This document shows, one piece after another, positions 36,207-53,421 of a DNA stretch of 64,000 nt. The stretch's first letter is position 1. Every line of letters begins with the position of its first letter. The notes below the pieces were generated by a model. It saw only the letters and a program-made list of their open reading frames with translations, ran no database searches and had not been told where the DNA came from. Both the position numbers and the translations under genes were made by a program. The stretch is from assembly GCF_009914755.1 (NCBI RefSeq), contig NC_060934.1, one strand, 5' to 3'. Source of the DNA: the human T2T-CHM13v2.0 reference genome, Homo sapiens.

Positions 36207-36378
36207 GGCTGGGCATGGTGACTCATGCCTGTGGTCCCAACAGTTTGGAAGGCTGAGGTGGGAGGCTTGAGGCCAGGAGTTTGAGGTTTCAGTGAGCTAT
36301 GATTTCACCACTGCACTCCAGCCTGGGCAACATATCAAGACCCTACCTCTAAAAAAAGAAAAGAAAAGGAAAAGAAAC
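36207..36378 (+). mobile_element. FRAM/FLAM Alu monomer
   Basis: Single monomer with A-rich tail. Confidence 0.8.
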
Positions 36379-37551
36379 ATTAGAAATAGCACAGAAAAAA
36401 GTTATACACAAGATTCCATGTCTAACTAATAACAGGACCTATGGAGTTCTTGTTTACTTTTGAAAACTTTGCTTACATTTGAAAAATTACTCCCTGGGAA
36501 ACAGGCTTGCAATTTTCCCTTACCAGTCCTAGAACTGTATCACCTCAATTTCTATAGCAGGTATTCATTTATTCCTCTTTCCACTAATACAATAAATATT
36601 TATAGAGTCCCTATTATACAGCGATGAACAGAATAGTCAAAGGTCCTTGTCTCCCTTGGAGAGAGAGAGAAAGACAAATGAACAAAGAAACAGTAGTGTT
36701 ATGGGTAGAATTAAAATTGGGACATGGTGATAACTATGTGACTATGTTAGACTGTGAGATCAGAAAATACCTTTCTGAGGGTGATATTTACACTTGTCTA
36801 GGTGACAAGGAGCCAACTAGGTGAAGATGTGGGACAATATTATAAGGAATGTGAATAGTTACTACAAAAGCCCTAAGACACAAACAAACTAACAATCTTT
36901 ACCCTATACTACCTTATTTCCATGTTTCGGCCATTTTCTGAATATCCAGCTGAATTTCCCAAGGCCTAGATGCTAGAGCAAACAGCTATCACATACAATA
37001 CTTACAACACTAAGAAACAGTGGTATACTAGAAAGAACGTGGGACTTAGAAGACTTCTTTCATTCAACTGATATTTACTGAGCATTTGCCTCATTTCTGG
37101 TACTATTCTTAATGCTAAACTATGACCAGAAGGCAGCAAATAACAGGCATTACTGCTCTTATCTGTGAAATAAAAGCTACAAAAGGAGTAAGAAATGGAT
37201 ACTTCCAGGTACCTTAGTCACCCAGAAAACAGGCACCTCACTAAGACTTGGAAAGTAAACAAAGACTTCCTAAAAGTGTTGTTTAGGCAAAATACAAAGA
37301 CAAGTAGGGCTTAAATCAATGAGGAAAGGGTTGAGAGAGGAAATGTAAGAGCATTCTGCATAGAAGGGGCAACATATACATATGCCTGAGGAGAAAGAGT
37401 GTGGAACATTTAAGGAATGAACAGCTGGAGCACCCAGTATCAGGAGAAAAAGAAAAAAATTGTGCTGGAGACATTAGCAAGAACTAGGTTCCAAAGGCCT
37501 TATAAGTTAAAATTGATCCTGAAAACAATGAGGAGCCACTGAAGAGTTTTA

Positions 37552-37933
<382 letters not shown>

Positions 37934-38384
37934 TCCCTGGCTGTCATGGAAAGAAGATCTGGAGGAGGAAGGACTAGAAATGGTGAGCATTTAGGAGGTT
38001 GTTGCAGCAATCCAAGGGAAAAATGACTTAAACTAAAATAATGGCAGGAAGGATGGAAAGATAGACTGAAAATATATCTAGGAGATAGAGTTGACAGTAT
38101 TTGGTAACATATTGGATATGGGAAGTGGGTGAGATGGAAATATCAACAATAAACCTCAGGTTCCTGGCATGAACAATTGCATAGACAAGGAGTACCATTT
38201 ACTGAGAGAGGAAGCACAAAATAAGGAATAGCTTGGAGAGCCATAGGAAGTTGAAGTAGAGACATAAAGAGTCCAAAGCATCTTTGAGGCCTCCAAGTGG
38301 AGCTATGAGAGGTGAGATAGATACTTGGGTTCAGAGCCCAAGACAGAGGCCTGGTCAGGCAGACGAGAAATGGGAACCCATTTA

Positions 38385-38910
<526 letters not shown>

Positions 38911-40962
38911 AGAGTCATCAATTTCTTGTTTGAATCTGGATTCAATGCCATTACTTAATGACATTAAATAATTACTGTTAATTCTGCTTAGGTATACAAA
39001 TGGCACAGTGGCTATAACTTCAAAGCCCTCATGAAATGTATATTGAAATATTTACAAATATTTACAGGTGCAGTGACATGATGGGGAAGGATAAGTGACA
39101 CAAAATGTGTAAAGTGCTGGTAATTTTTGCAGCTGAGTGATGGGTACACAGACATTAATTAAACCATTATTTCCGCTTTTGTTTATGTTTGAGAACATCT
39201 GAGACAGTTTTTTTAAAGAATCATCTACCTATATAGGAAACAGTGAGAAATGGATAAACTTGCTCTGGGATGACAAGAAAAGGGAAGAAAAAGGAAAGGG
39301 AGGTGAATGGAAACTGGCCTCCCGAGGAAATCTCCATATTTAAGGAAAAAGCAGAGGAACAGGAGTCACTGAAAAGACCATGAAAACTCTGCTGCAAAAG
39401 TAGGAGAAAACCAGAAGACAGTGAGGTCTCAGAAGCCAAGGGAAGAGTTAGTTGTAAGAAGGCAGGAATAATCAATAATGTCAAGTAATATAGAGAAATC
39501 AAGTAAAAGAAGGACTGAAAAGTATTCACTGCATTTAGGAAGCAGAAGGTTGCATCGATCTTTACTGGGTCCGCCCAATATAGTAGTGGGCACCAATCTC
39601 GGATTAGAGCAAGCTGAAGAACGAGTGGGAAGTGAGGAAGAGGTGAAAGATGTATAGATCACTCTCAAGTGGCCTGGCTCTGAAGGGGAGGTGAGGAGAG
39701 CTGTAGCTAAAAAAGAATGTGGAACTGAGAAAGATTTTGGTTCATTAGATGGAAAAATACTTGAGCCTGATTAAAGGAAAGAAAGGGCGGCCTCCCTTAC
39801 TTACTAATCATGAACTTGTGTAGGTCACATTTATAACCCTTCAGGATTCAAACCAGATAATATAAATGAAGGTCTTCAGTAAACTGTCAAGTGTTACATT
39901 ACTATTATTAAGTAAATTATTACTATTACATTTATAAAGTCCAAGTGGCTTTACCACTCTGCTTGTTTCCTCTCTATAACTAAGAACATTTTATCTTCAC
40001 TAGTGTAGAGGAGAAGAGAGATCAGAGCAAAACAGCTAGTGAGTATAATCAGGAGATAACACATGCCATTTTTCTGTTGGGCATGGATGAGACAGTGATT
40101 TATTCTGCAAAGCAAATGAATCAGCAACCAATTTTTATTAATGGTACACAGGGAAAATATTTAAAGCCCTGTTATATCTAGCCAACAGATTGTACATATT
40201 ACAAAGGCAAATGTAATAATAAAGGGAGTAGAGTTCTATAAAAATTAAGTAATGAAATTGGAATTCAGAAACCCATTAGCAAGGAACTACGATGATAGAA
40301 AAAGTAGTACTTTCAAGGTAAGTAAAGACCTTTGCTTTTAAAATCCATAATGAAGATGAATCAAAAAAAGTATTAAAAGCCATGGGAAAGTCTTAAAAAT
40401 CAAACTGCTAAAAAAAAAAAAAATCCAGCCTGCTGCATTGATGCCCATAATGGACCCCAAAGTCAATATTAAGCATGTTAGTCAAATGGCTGCAAACTAC
40501 CACTAAGTGGATATGGGAGGTATACATTTTTTCTATTCTTATGTGTGTGTGTGTGGAGTGGGGAGTTCTTGTTTAAATCATAGTTTATCGCTAGAATTAA
40601 AAAATTTGATAACTCCAGATTCTAGTTTAAAACCACAGCCGGAGATTTTCTTTTGAAGTCCCTATTGACTCTTGGGGGCTCCTTTCCTCTATCTGCTTTT
40701 CTCTTTGTGTTCTATGCTTTTTTTCCCCCTCACCTTCCTTATTCCCAGCAAAATAACTGCCCAGAATTTAACGAGTTGCAGTCACTTAATTTTTTTAATG
40801 AGTTTTAGTCATTCTGGTCTATTTTCTAAGAGGTATTTATATTTTTCAAAGCTATCTCTAACAATAAAAAATAACTTTCCACATTTTGGTAAGCAGGCAG
40901 GATAGCTTCTTTTTCAGAGAAGAAGCACGCAGGGCTACTCAGGTTCTTGAGATCACGCCTGA

Positions 40963-41009
40963 CTTGCATCCACTCAGGGTGCCACAGCGGCACCCTGAGT
41001 GGATGCAAG
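40963..41009. repeat. Perfect 21-bp inverted repeat with 5-nt loop
   Basis: cttgcatccactcagggtgcc-acagc-ggcaccctgagtggatgcaag. Confidence 0.98.
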
Positions 41010-42038
41010 AGATCAGTTTGGTGGTAAATCTTCCTCTTGGCTCTCAGTTCATTCACCTAGATTTACTGGAATTCAACGTCGAATCCTTTCTTTTTCTTTT
41101 CCTAAAAGCAGGCTTTAGTAGGGATAAAGTGGAGGGAGAATGCCACTCAGGGGGCATTAAACCCAGAAGAGAAGGCTGCATCATCTTCACCAGCCCACAA
41201 ACAGAGGGCCCTGTAGCAGTTGCATAGATGTTGGTTTTATAAGGATCCAAAATAGGCTTAGAGATTTTTTTTTCTCAGAAAGAGGCTTGGAGATATCAAC
41301 TAAAATATAATTTTTCTTAATTTTAAAAATGTTTTATTTATGTATATTTTCCTACCTTTAACAATAAAGCAGCAATTATCTTACATGAATAAATAAAATG
41401 TAATTTCATAAAATGCCATTTTACAAGATTTAAGCAAAATGAGTTTTAATTGTCTTTTTAAAGTAATTTTCTGTGCTCTCTTGCTATCAATAATTATGAT
41501 GTTTCCTCATGTTTGACACTTTGCATTGGTGAAATATTTAATTTTATTATATTTGAAAGTCTATCTTCAGAATCTCCTGTGTAACTATAATGTCAAAACA
41601 AGATCAAAGCAGGAAATACTGTTTTCTGGCCCTATAAATGGTGATTAGATAGTGAAGGAAATGAAATCTGCATGTCAGGAACTATGCTAGGACCGCTAAT
41701 AGCATTACTCAATAAGTCAGCTCAGTGAATATTGCTATTCTCATCACATAAATGAGGAAACTGGGGCAAAGTGAAATTAAGAAATTAGCCCAAGATCACA
41801 TAGCTAATGAGTGACAGAAATGGCATTTATTCCTGTTCTGTCTCTAAAGTCCTTCCACATTTGTTGATAAACTTGTGAGGTGTTTTAGACCGTGAGATTC
41901 TTGACTCCTGGCCAGCCATCAGGGCTGGGCTTTTGGGGCCTCAAATCACATAATTTAGTCAGCCACTTGCTCTGCTTATTATAACAGTCTACTAGGCTGC
42001 CAGAAAACTGTTGGAGTTATCTTGAGACCTAGAATCCT

Positions 42039-42097
42039 GGCTGGGTGCGGTGGCTCATGCCTGTAACCCCAGCACTTTGGGAGGCCGAGGCGGGCAG
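42039..42097 (+). mobile_element. 3'-truncated Alu (first ~59 nt only), with TSD
   Basis: ggctgggtgcggtggctca...gccgaggcgggcag flanked by gagacctagaatcctg x2. Confidence 0.92.
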
Positions 42098-42414
42098 GAG
42101 ACCTAGAATCCTGTTGCAAATCCTGCTGTTGTATATGTCACTGCAAATTGTATTTGAGCTAACAAGGAGCATCTGATAATACCGAAATTCAAATTCCTGT
42201 GGTTTTCTTGTGAAAGACAGTAATTTGTTAGCTCAAATAAGATGCAGACCTTTTCTAAGGACTTTCATTCTGTGAAATTAATATCTAAGACTTTGTTCCT
42301 GACAGGAAATTTGCAATTTGTACTTTACTGTGTATGTCAAGCTGGTATTTCTTACTTTGGGCCAATTTTGACTACAGTGAATAAAGAAAAATTTAGTTCA
42401 AATATGCGGATGGG

Positions 42415-42576
42415 AAAAGAATAGACTGGCCTAGCCTCCCAGCCTACATCTTTCTCCTGTGCTGGATGCTTCCTGGCCTCAAACATTGGATTACAAGTTC
42501 TTCAGTTTTGGGACTTGGACTGGCTTTCCTTGCTCCTCCACTTACAGATGGCCTATTGTGGGACTTTGTGATTGTG
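42415..42576 (+). mobile_element. MLT2A-like ERVL LTR fragment
   Basis: gactggcctagcctcccagcctacatctttctcc...gcctattgtgggac. Confidence 0.75.
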
Positions 42577-42577
42577 T

Positions 42578-43546
42578 TTCCATCATAGCAGACGGGAAGA
42601 GGACTAGATTGCAGCTCCAGCTCAGAACGACAGAGCAGTGTGTAGAGGCCCACATCGTGAATTTTAGCTCCAGAATGACGGCAGGAATAAATCAAGAAAC
42701 CCGAGAGGACCCACACACCCTCTGAAAGAAGTGGACTGCTCCTGCAGGACCCAGGAGACATCCCAAATACTGTGCTGGTATCCACAGCCAAGAGACCCAT
42801 AGACGGTTCACATCACAGGACTCTGTGCAGACAACCCCCAGTACAAGCCCAGAGCCTGGTAGACTTGCTAGGTGGCTAGACCCAGAAGAGAGATAACAAT
42901 CACTACAGCTTGGCTCTCAGGAAGTGACATCCATAGGAAAAGGGGGAGAGTACCACATCAGGGGAACACCCCATGGGACAAAGGAATCTGAAAAACAGCC
43001 TTCAACCCTAGACCTTCCCTCTGACAGTCTACCCAAATGAGAAGAAACCAGAAAACCAACTCTGGTAATATGACAAAACAAGGCTCTTTAACACCCCCAA
43101 AAATCACACTAGCTCACCAGCAATGGATCCAAACCAAGAAGAAATCCCTGATTTACTTGAAAAAGAATTTAGGAGGTTAGTTATTAAGCTAATCTGGGAG
43201 GCACCAGAGAAAGGCAAAGCCCAATGCAAGGAAATCCAAAAAATGATACAAGAAGTGAAGGGAGAAAAATTTAAGGAAATAGATAGCATAAATAAAAAAA
43301 TATCAAAAGTTCAGGACACATTGGACACACTTACAGAAATGCAAAATGCTCTGGAAAGTCTCAGCAATAGAATTGAACAAGTAAAAGAAAGAAATTCAGA
43401 GCTCAAAGACAAGGTCTTCGAATTAACCCAATCCAACAAAGACAAAGAAAAAAGAATAAGAAAATACAAAGGCTCCAAGAAATTTGGGATTATGTTAAAC
43501 GACCAAACCTAAGAATAATTGGTGTTCCTGAGGAAGAAGAGAAATC
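42578..43546 (+). mobile_element. L1PB-like 5'UTR and first half of ORF1 (3'-truncated)
   Basis: ggactagattgcagctcc 5'UTR; ORF1-like MDPNQEEIPDLLEKEFRRLVIKLI...; ends at ggtgttcctgaggaagaagagaaatc. Confidence 0.85.
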
Positions 43547-43589
43547 AGCTTAGTAGGGAAGAGTAGATGTCCAAATAACTACAAAAACG

Positions 43590-43785
43590 GCAAGCATTTA
43601 TTAATTGCTTACTAGGCAGCAGGCACTGTACTACTTATGTGCATTATTTCATTTAATTCTCATAATAACTCTATGAAGTACATACTATTATTTAGCCATT
43701 TTATAGATGAGAAGCTAAGCAGATAGATGATGTGCAATGGTCACATAGCTGGTAAGTGGCTGAGCCACTTAACTACCATATTATA
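43590..43785 (-). mobile_element. MIR
   Basis: gcatttattaattgcttac...ttcatttaattctcata...ttttatagatgaga...gtcacatagctggtaagtgg. Confidence 0.75.
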
Positions 43786-44691
43786 GTGCATTTCCAATAT
43801 GTCACAGAAGTTAGAGGGGAGGAGAACGTTTGCAGGTGAGGAGGATAAAAGCAGTGCCACTTTTGCATTTCATTGATTAGCCTAACATCCAGAACATACC
43901 AACATCAAAGTATGGGTGATGCCACCTCTCCTCACTGGATTTGCTTTAATTTTTAGCCCCCTCCTCTAGGAGTCTGACATGAACCCTGAGGCTACTGGCT
44001 GGAAGACAACTCAGTAACTCTTCTTGAGCCCCAGTTTGTGTCCCCTAATTCTGTCTCCTTCAGGTGAGCACCTGGAGATCCACTTTGCCCCTCTGCCAGT
44101 TCAATGGATGGCTTTTGCATCTTGTCATGGTCCTTGAGGCAGCCATCAGGATTAGTACCCCCTAGGCACTGTCCCCCTCCAGAGCTCCCTGAGGTTTCTA
44201 CAAATAGAGCTCCCGCTGCCTATATCCCAGAATGCCTGCAGTCATTGCAGAATATATAAGACTTTTTTGAATGGGGCAGGGGCAGAGGCAGCACTAGGTG
44301 TAATGGAATGGGGAGTAAAATGCTATATGTTAAGTCCCGACATTGTGGAAATATTAGTTTAAAGCATATCATTTTTCCCCTTTAGCTAAATTTAGCTAAT
44401 TCTTATTTTTCTAATTGTACATCCTATCTTTTCATTAGAAAGCTAATAGTCTCTAACTACTCTCAGCAAACACCAAATGACCCTGTTGTTCACTCCCTAA
44501 TAGCTTTTGAGCTAACGGTGTCATAAATTTTAATAAAGCACATGTCAAAGCCTATAATCAAACTCTGTGACAGGGTGCACTCCTTGGAAACGTTTCATGT
44601 TTAATAACAAATTCATAGCCATAGCACCTCCAATTCTTCTCATTCATCAGTACCCAACTGTCAGAATTCAAGAGTCCTTCAGTAAGAGATC

Positions 44692-44831
44692 CAGCAGAGA
44701 TCCTTAATCTATACTTCATGAGACTTCTGAAATTATATGCAAAATTGTGCTTATGTACATCTTTCTGGGGAGATAATCCATAACTTTCATCAGATTCTCA
44801 AGTAATCCACAACTCACAAAAAGAACCACTG
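44692..44831. mobile_element. hAT-Charlie MITE (MER5/MER103-like)
   Basis: cagcagagatccttaa...tttcatcagattctcaa...aagaaccactg. Confidence 0.5.
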
Positions 44832-45679
44832 CACTTCAGTGATACCACCAAAAATTTTAGATCCTCTCTTGTACAATTTTGATATATGTAAATTAATTTC
44901 CATATCACTTTCCAGAACAATACAGAATTACAGTATTTTTATTTTAGTAACCCATGCCATTTCTATTGGAGATAATTACAAGAACAGGGAACTGAGACTA
45001 GGAACAGGAAATGCAGCAGTAGGCAGGGCAGGAGTAGAAATTTTTACAACACCTTGGACAGACAAAAGAAGCCCAGGGACAATAAACCTGCTTTTGCACT
45101 GCCCTCCCGTGTCTGTAGGGAGGATGGGCAGATAGCAGGTACTCTCTACGGCTGAGAGTCATCCTGGTCAAAGCTAAGGCTCTATACTTGAGGAATTAAG
45201 AAATGTAGTAGTCTTTCAGGAGTTTCAGTTCCTCAGGACATTCAGGGAATTTAGGATTGAAAAAAAAATTAAGATATTGTGAAGAAAAAGACTCTTTTGC
45301 ATTTCCTAAAATAAAACAATACAGATATAAATAACTGAATTTTACACATTATAAATTATTAAAACATGGAAACTGTACTATTATTTTCCATTTATCTTTC
45401 CCCTGGCTTGGTAAAAATGTTCTAGATCTCCTTTCCCCAGAGTTTCAACACAGTATTTAGGAATCTGCTTTGCTTTATTGTAGTTACTCTGCATCCTGAG
45501 AATCAGTGTTTCTCAAGCCCAGCCCTCAACATAGAGGCTCCCTAGATTTGATGAGTCACAGTTGTTCATTCCTGCCCTGAGTTTTGTCTCTTGGATCTTA
45601 CAGTGATCTCAGTGCAACATAACTTGTGCATTTGAGATGGTAAAAGCCTTGGGTCAGCCTGTCATGGAAATCACAAGAT

Positions 45680-46605
<926 letters not shown>

Positions 46606-47764
46606 AGTTACATCCTTGGAGCTGTCCGCTAGAGTGCTGAACTAAAGCCCAGGTTTTCTTTGCTTCAACTGCATCTCTCTTTCTTAGGAGTTCATTGCAA
46701 AGACCTCCAGATCTCCTCCATCATTCACTTATCTCTATTCCATTCCCAAACCCACCATCTGAGAATATCAACACATGTTTATATTTAAATTATAACAGAA
46801 ATGATCAACTCTGCCTGAAAAATGTGCACAAATAAACATATGTATACCATAATTCCATATAAAGTCACAAATTACAATGCATATTTAGCTGCACTGGATA
46901 GGATGGATGAAAGTCACCAAGAGATTTCATCATTTCAAATATCGAAAGTTATTTTGAATCTCTGGCTCAAAGTTGGGGCTTCTAGGAAAAAGCACTAACT
47001 TTGATTCACAAAACCTGCAAAACATTAACTTTTAGAAAGAGAACCGGAAAAAATATGCCTCGCACTAATTTGTCCAAGGTCATACAGACGCCTCTGAATT
47101 TACACATTATCTTCATTAAAGCGAAATTGACTTACAAGTTTCTGGAGAAAAGGGTGGCAAATGGAAAGTAATTGCACAGTATCCATTATTATTAATTTAG
47201 GGTGTATAAAAGTTCATTAGTGTTGCCTTTAGTGTGCTGACTTTATTGCTTTATTTTAGTGGAAGAAAAGTTCTAAGGACTTTCACTGGTATATTTACAT
47301 CTCAGTACCTCTCATTTTATTTTTTCATATTAGATCTTAAGCTCCCCCAGCACAAAAGCCCTTACGATTTAAGAAGAAATGTGCAATCAAAAATAGTAAA
47401 ATGCTTCACCTCTACGAATAGGTTTCCTTAGTTGGCAAAGTAAATCTTGAGTTTCATAAGCAGAAAGTGTGGTCATATGTCAGCTTTTCCCAACAGCTGA
47501 TCAGAAGGAGGTATGAAAGGAAGTTTGATTCTCACAAGTTTGCATTTTGACTAAAGACAACGAAGAGCTAAGATGGAAAGATAGTGAATGACATGTGACT
47601 TCTGACCTTGATAGAGGTATGTGTGTGGAGAATAACTCTACCTGGGCACTTAAGGAAATCAAGGTTTTCACTGGAAGTTTGCCCACAGAAGAAAGGATAA
47701 CTATCACATAGATATTGGGAGCAATCACCAAAATCTTTTTTTTTTATTAGGAGGGAGGAGAATC

Positions 47765-48113
47765 TTTTTTTTTATTATTTTAAGTTTTAGGGTACATGTG
47801 CACAACGTGCAGGTTTGTTACATATGTATACATGTGCCATGTTGCTGTGCTGCACCCATTAACTCATCATTTAACATTAGGTATATCTCCTAATGCTATC
47901 TCTCCCCGCTCCCCCCACCCCACAACAGGCCCCAGTGTGTGATGTTCCCCTTCCTGTGTCCATGTGTTCTCATTGTTCAATTCCCACCTATGAGTGAGAA
48001 CATGCGGTGTTTGGTTTTTTGTCCTTGTGATAGTTTGCTGAGAATGATGGTTTCCAGCTTCATCCATGTCCCTACAAAGGACATGAACTCATCATTTTTT
48101 ATGGCTACATAGT
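47765..48113 (-). mobile_element. L1PA (PA4/5-like) 3'-end fragment
   Basis: ttttaagttttagggtacatgtgcacaacg...ggacatgaactcatcattttttatggct. Confidence 0.92.
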
Positions 48114-48167
48114 GATTTAGATGGGCAAGCCTCCACTTTGGATGAATCATCAACTGTATTTATCTTG

Positions 48168-48543
48168 ATGCCCCAAATAAATCAGCAGTTTACAATGGGT
48201 AACTCATTTTAAGAAGAGACGCAGCAGCAAACCACCCGCAACAATTTATTCTTACCTTAATCGAAGAAGGTCGACGATTAACAGCACAAACAATAGCCAG
48301 CACTATAGACATCTCAACTGGTCCAACTTACAGAATTCTAACTGAAAAATTAAAGTTTAGCAAACTTCCCATTCTATGGGTGCCAAATCATTATGCCCAG
48401 ATCAGCTGCAGACAAGAGCAGAGCTTTCAATGGACATTTTAAACACATGGGATTAAGATCCTGAAGCACGTCTTTGAAGAACTATAAGAGAAGGTGAAAC
48501 GTGGCTCTACCGGTATGACTCTGAAGACAAAGCACAATCGAAG
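48168..48543 (+). pseudogene. HSMAR2 mariner transposase fragment
   Basis: Encodes mariner motifs WVP (tgggtgcca) and (D>G)ETWLYRYDSEDKAQSK; gatcagctgcagacaagagcagagctttcaatgga; frameshifts and stops; no TIRs. Confidence 0.88.
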
Positions 48544-48545
48544 AC

Positions 48546-48940
48546 ACCCTTCCCATCTGTAAGCCATCTACAAGGATGGTGGCTCCTGTCAGCAGTTGAC
48601 TCACCTTTCTAAAGGTGATTACCTGCCTGGCATGTAATCTTGTGGCCACCACTAGTTTTCCTGGTATGTAATCTTGTGGCCACCGCTGGTGACTAACAGC
48701 CTTTGACATTTACTCTCGCTATGATATGCCACACCTATGAGAGTAGTAGATTGTGGCCATATCATTATAGCACTTGGGACCAAGCTCTGCCATGATTTTG
48801 GGAATAAGCGTACCATGCAGATGCTCCTGATGTTTGCTGCACTGTGTATAATAAACTACTTAGCTTTGATCCATTGTGTCTTGTCTATTTTTGGCACCTA
48901 TGGAGTTAATAGAATTGTTTGCAGCACATTACACACACTA
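48546..48940 (+). mobile_element. Possible old ERVL LTR remnant
   Basis: aataaa followed by ttgatccattgtgtcttgtct-type U5 sequence; internal 34-bp repeat. Confidence 0.35.
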
Positions 48941-49084
48941 GACCACTAGTAGGAGTGCTTTAGGCAGGAGGAAAATCCTCCCAGTGAAAGCACAGAAACA
49001 AAGGAAGAAATGAAGAGAACCAGAAGAGTAAAAACATGTAGGTAAATATAAATAAATTATTTATTTAATATATGAAGATCTGTT

Positions 49085-49308
49085 CCATATTTATTCCTCC
49101 CTGTGTGACTTTTGGAAGGTCATGTCTTTCAAGGAATTGGTCCATTTCATCTATGTTATCAAATCTGTGGGCAGAGTTGTTTATAATAGTCCATAATTAT
49201 CCTTACAATGTCCATTAGATCAGTAGTGATGGCCCTGCTTTAATTTATGATATTAATAATTTATGTCTTCTTTGTCTTCATTAGCTTGGCTAGAGATTTG
49301 TGAATTTT
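49085..49308 (-). mobile_element. Old L1M ORF2 piece (host of the L1PA insertion)
   Basis: aaggaattggtccatttcatct...ttagcttggctagag; continues at 55362. Confidence 0.75.
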
Positions 49309-49535
49309 TTTTTATTTTTATTTATTTTTTTATTATTATAAGTTTTAGGGTACATGTGCACATTGTGCAGGTTAGTTACATATGTATACATGTGCCATGC
49401 TGGTGTGCTGCACCCACTAACTCGTCATCTAGCATCAGGTATATCTCCCAATGCTATCCCTCCCCCCCTCCCCCGACCCCACAACAGTCCCCAGAGTGTG
49501 ATGTTCCCCTTCCTGTGTCCATGTGATCTCATTGT

Positions 49536-53358
<3,823 letters not shown>

Positions 53359-53421
53359 TATGATGTTAGCTGGTTATTTTGCTCGTTAGTTGATGCAGTT
53401 TCTTCCTAATCTCGATGGTCT

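Noticed and set aside
35911-36256. Low-complexity ORFs (PSFL/KERK repeats), also at 60913-61281
   Set aside because: Translations of microsatellites.
40886-41227. 113-aa + strand ORF through the hairpin as a protein
   Set aside because: Non-ATG start, no recognisable domain; similarity between opposite-strand ORFs (LHPLRVP..HPEWMQ) is caused by the palindrome.
44382-44399. 18-bp palindrome ttagctaaatttagctaa
   Set aside because: Tandem doubling of a 10-bp AT-rich palindrome; weak evidence of function.
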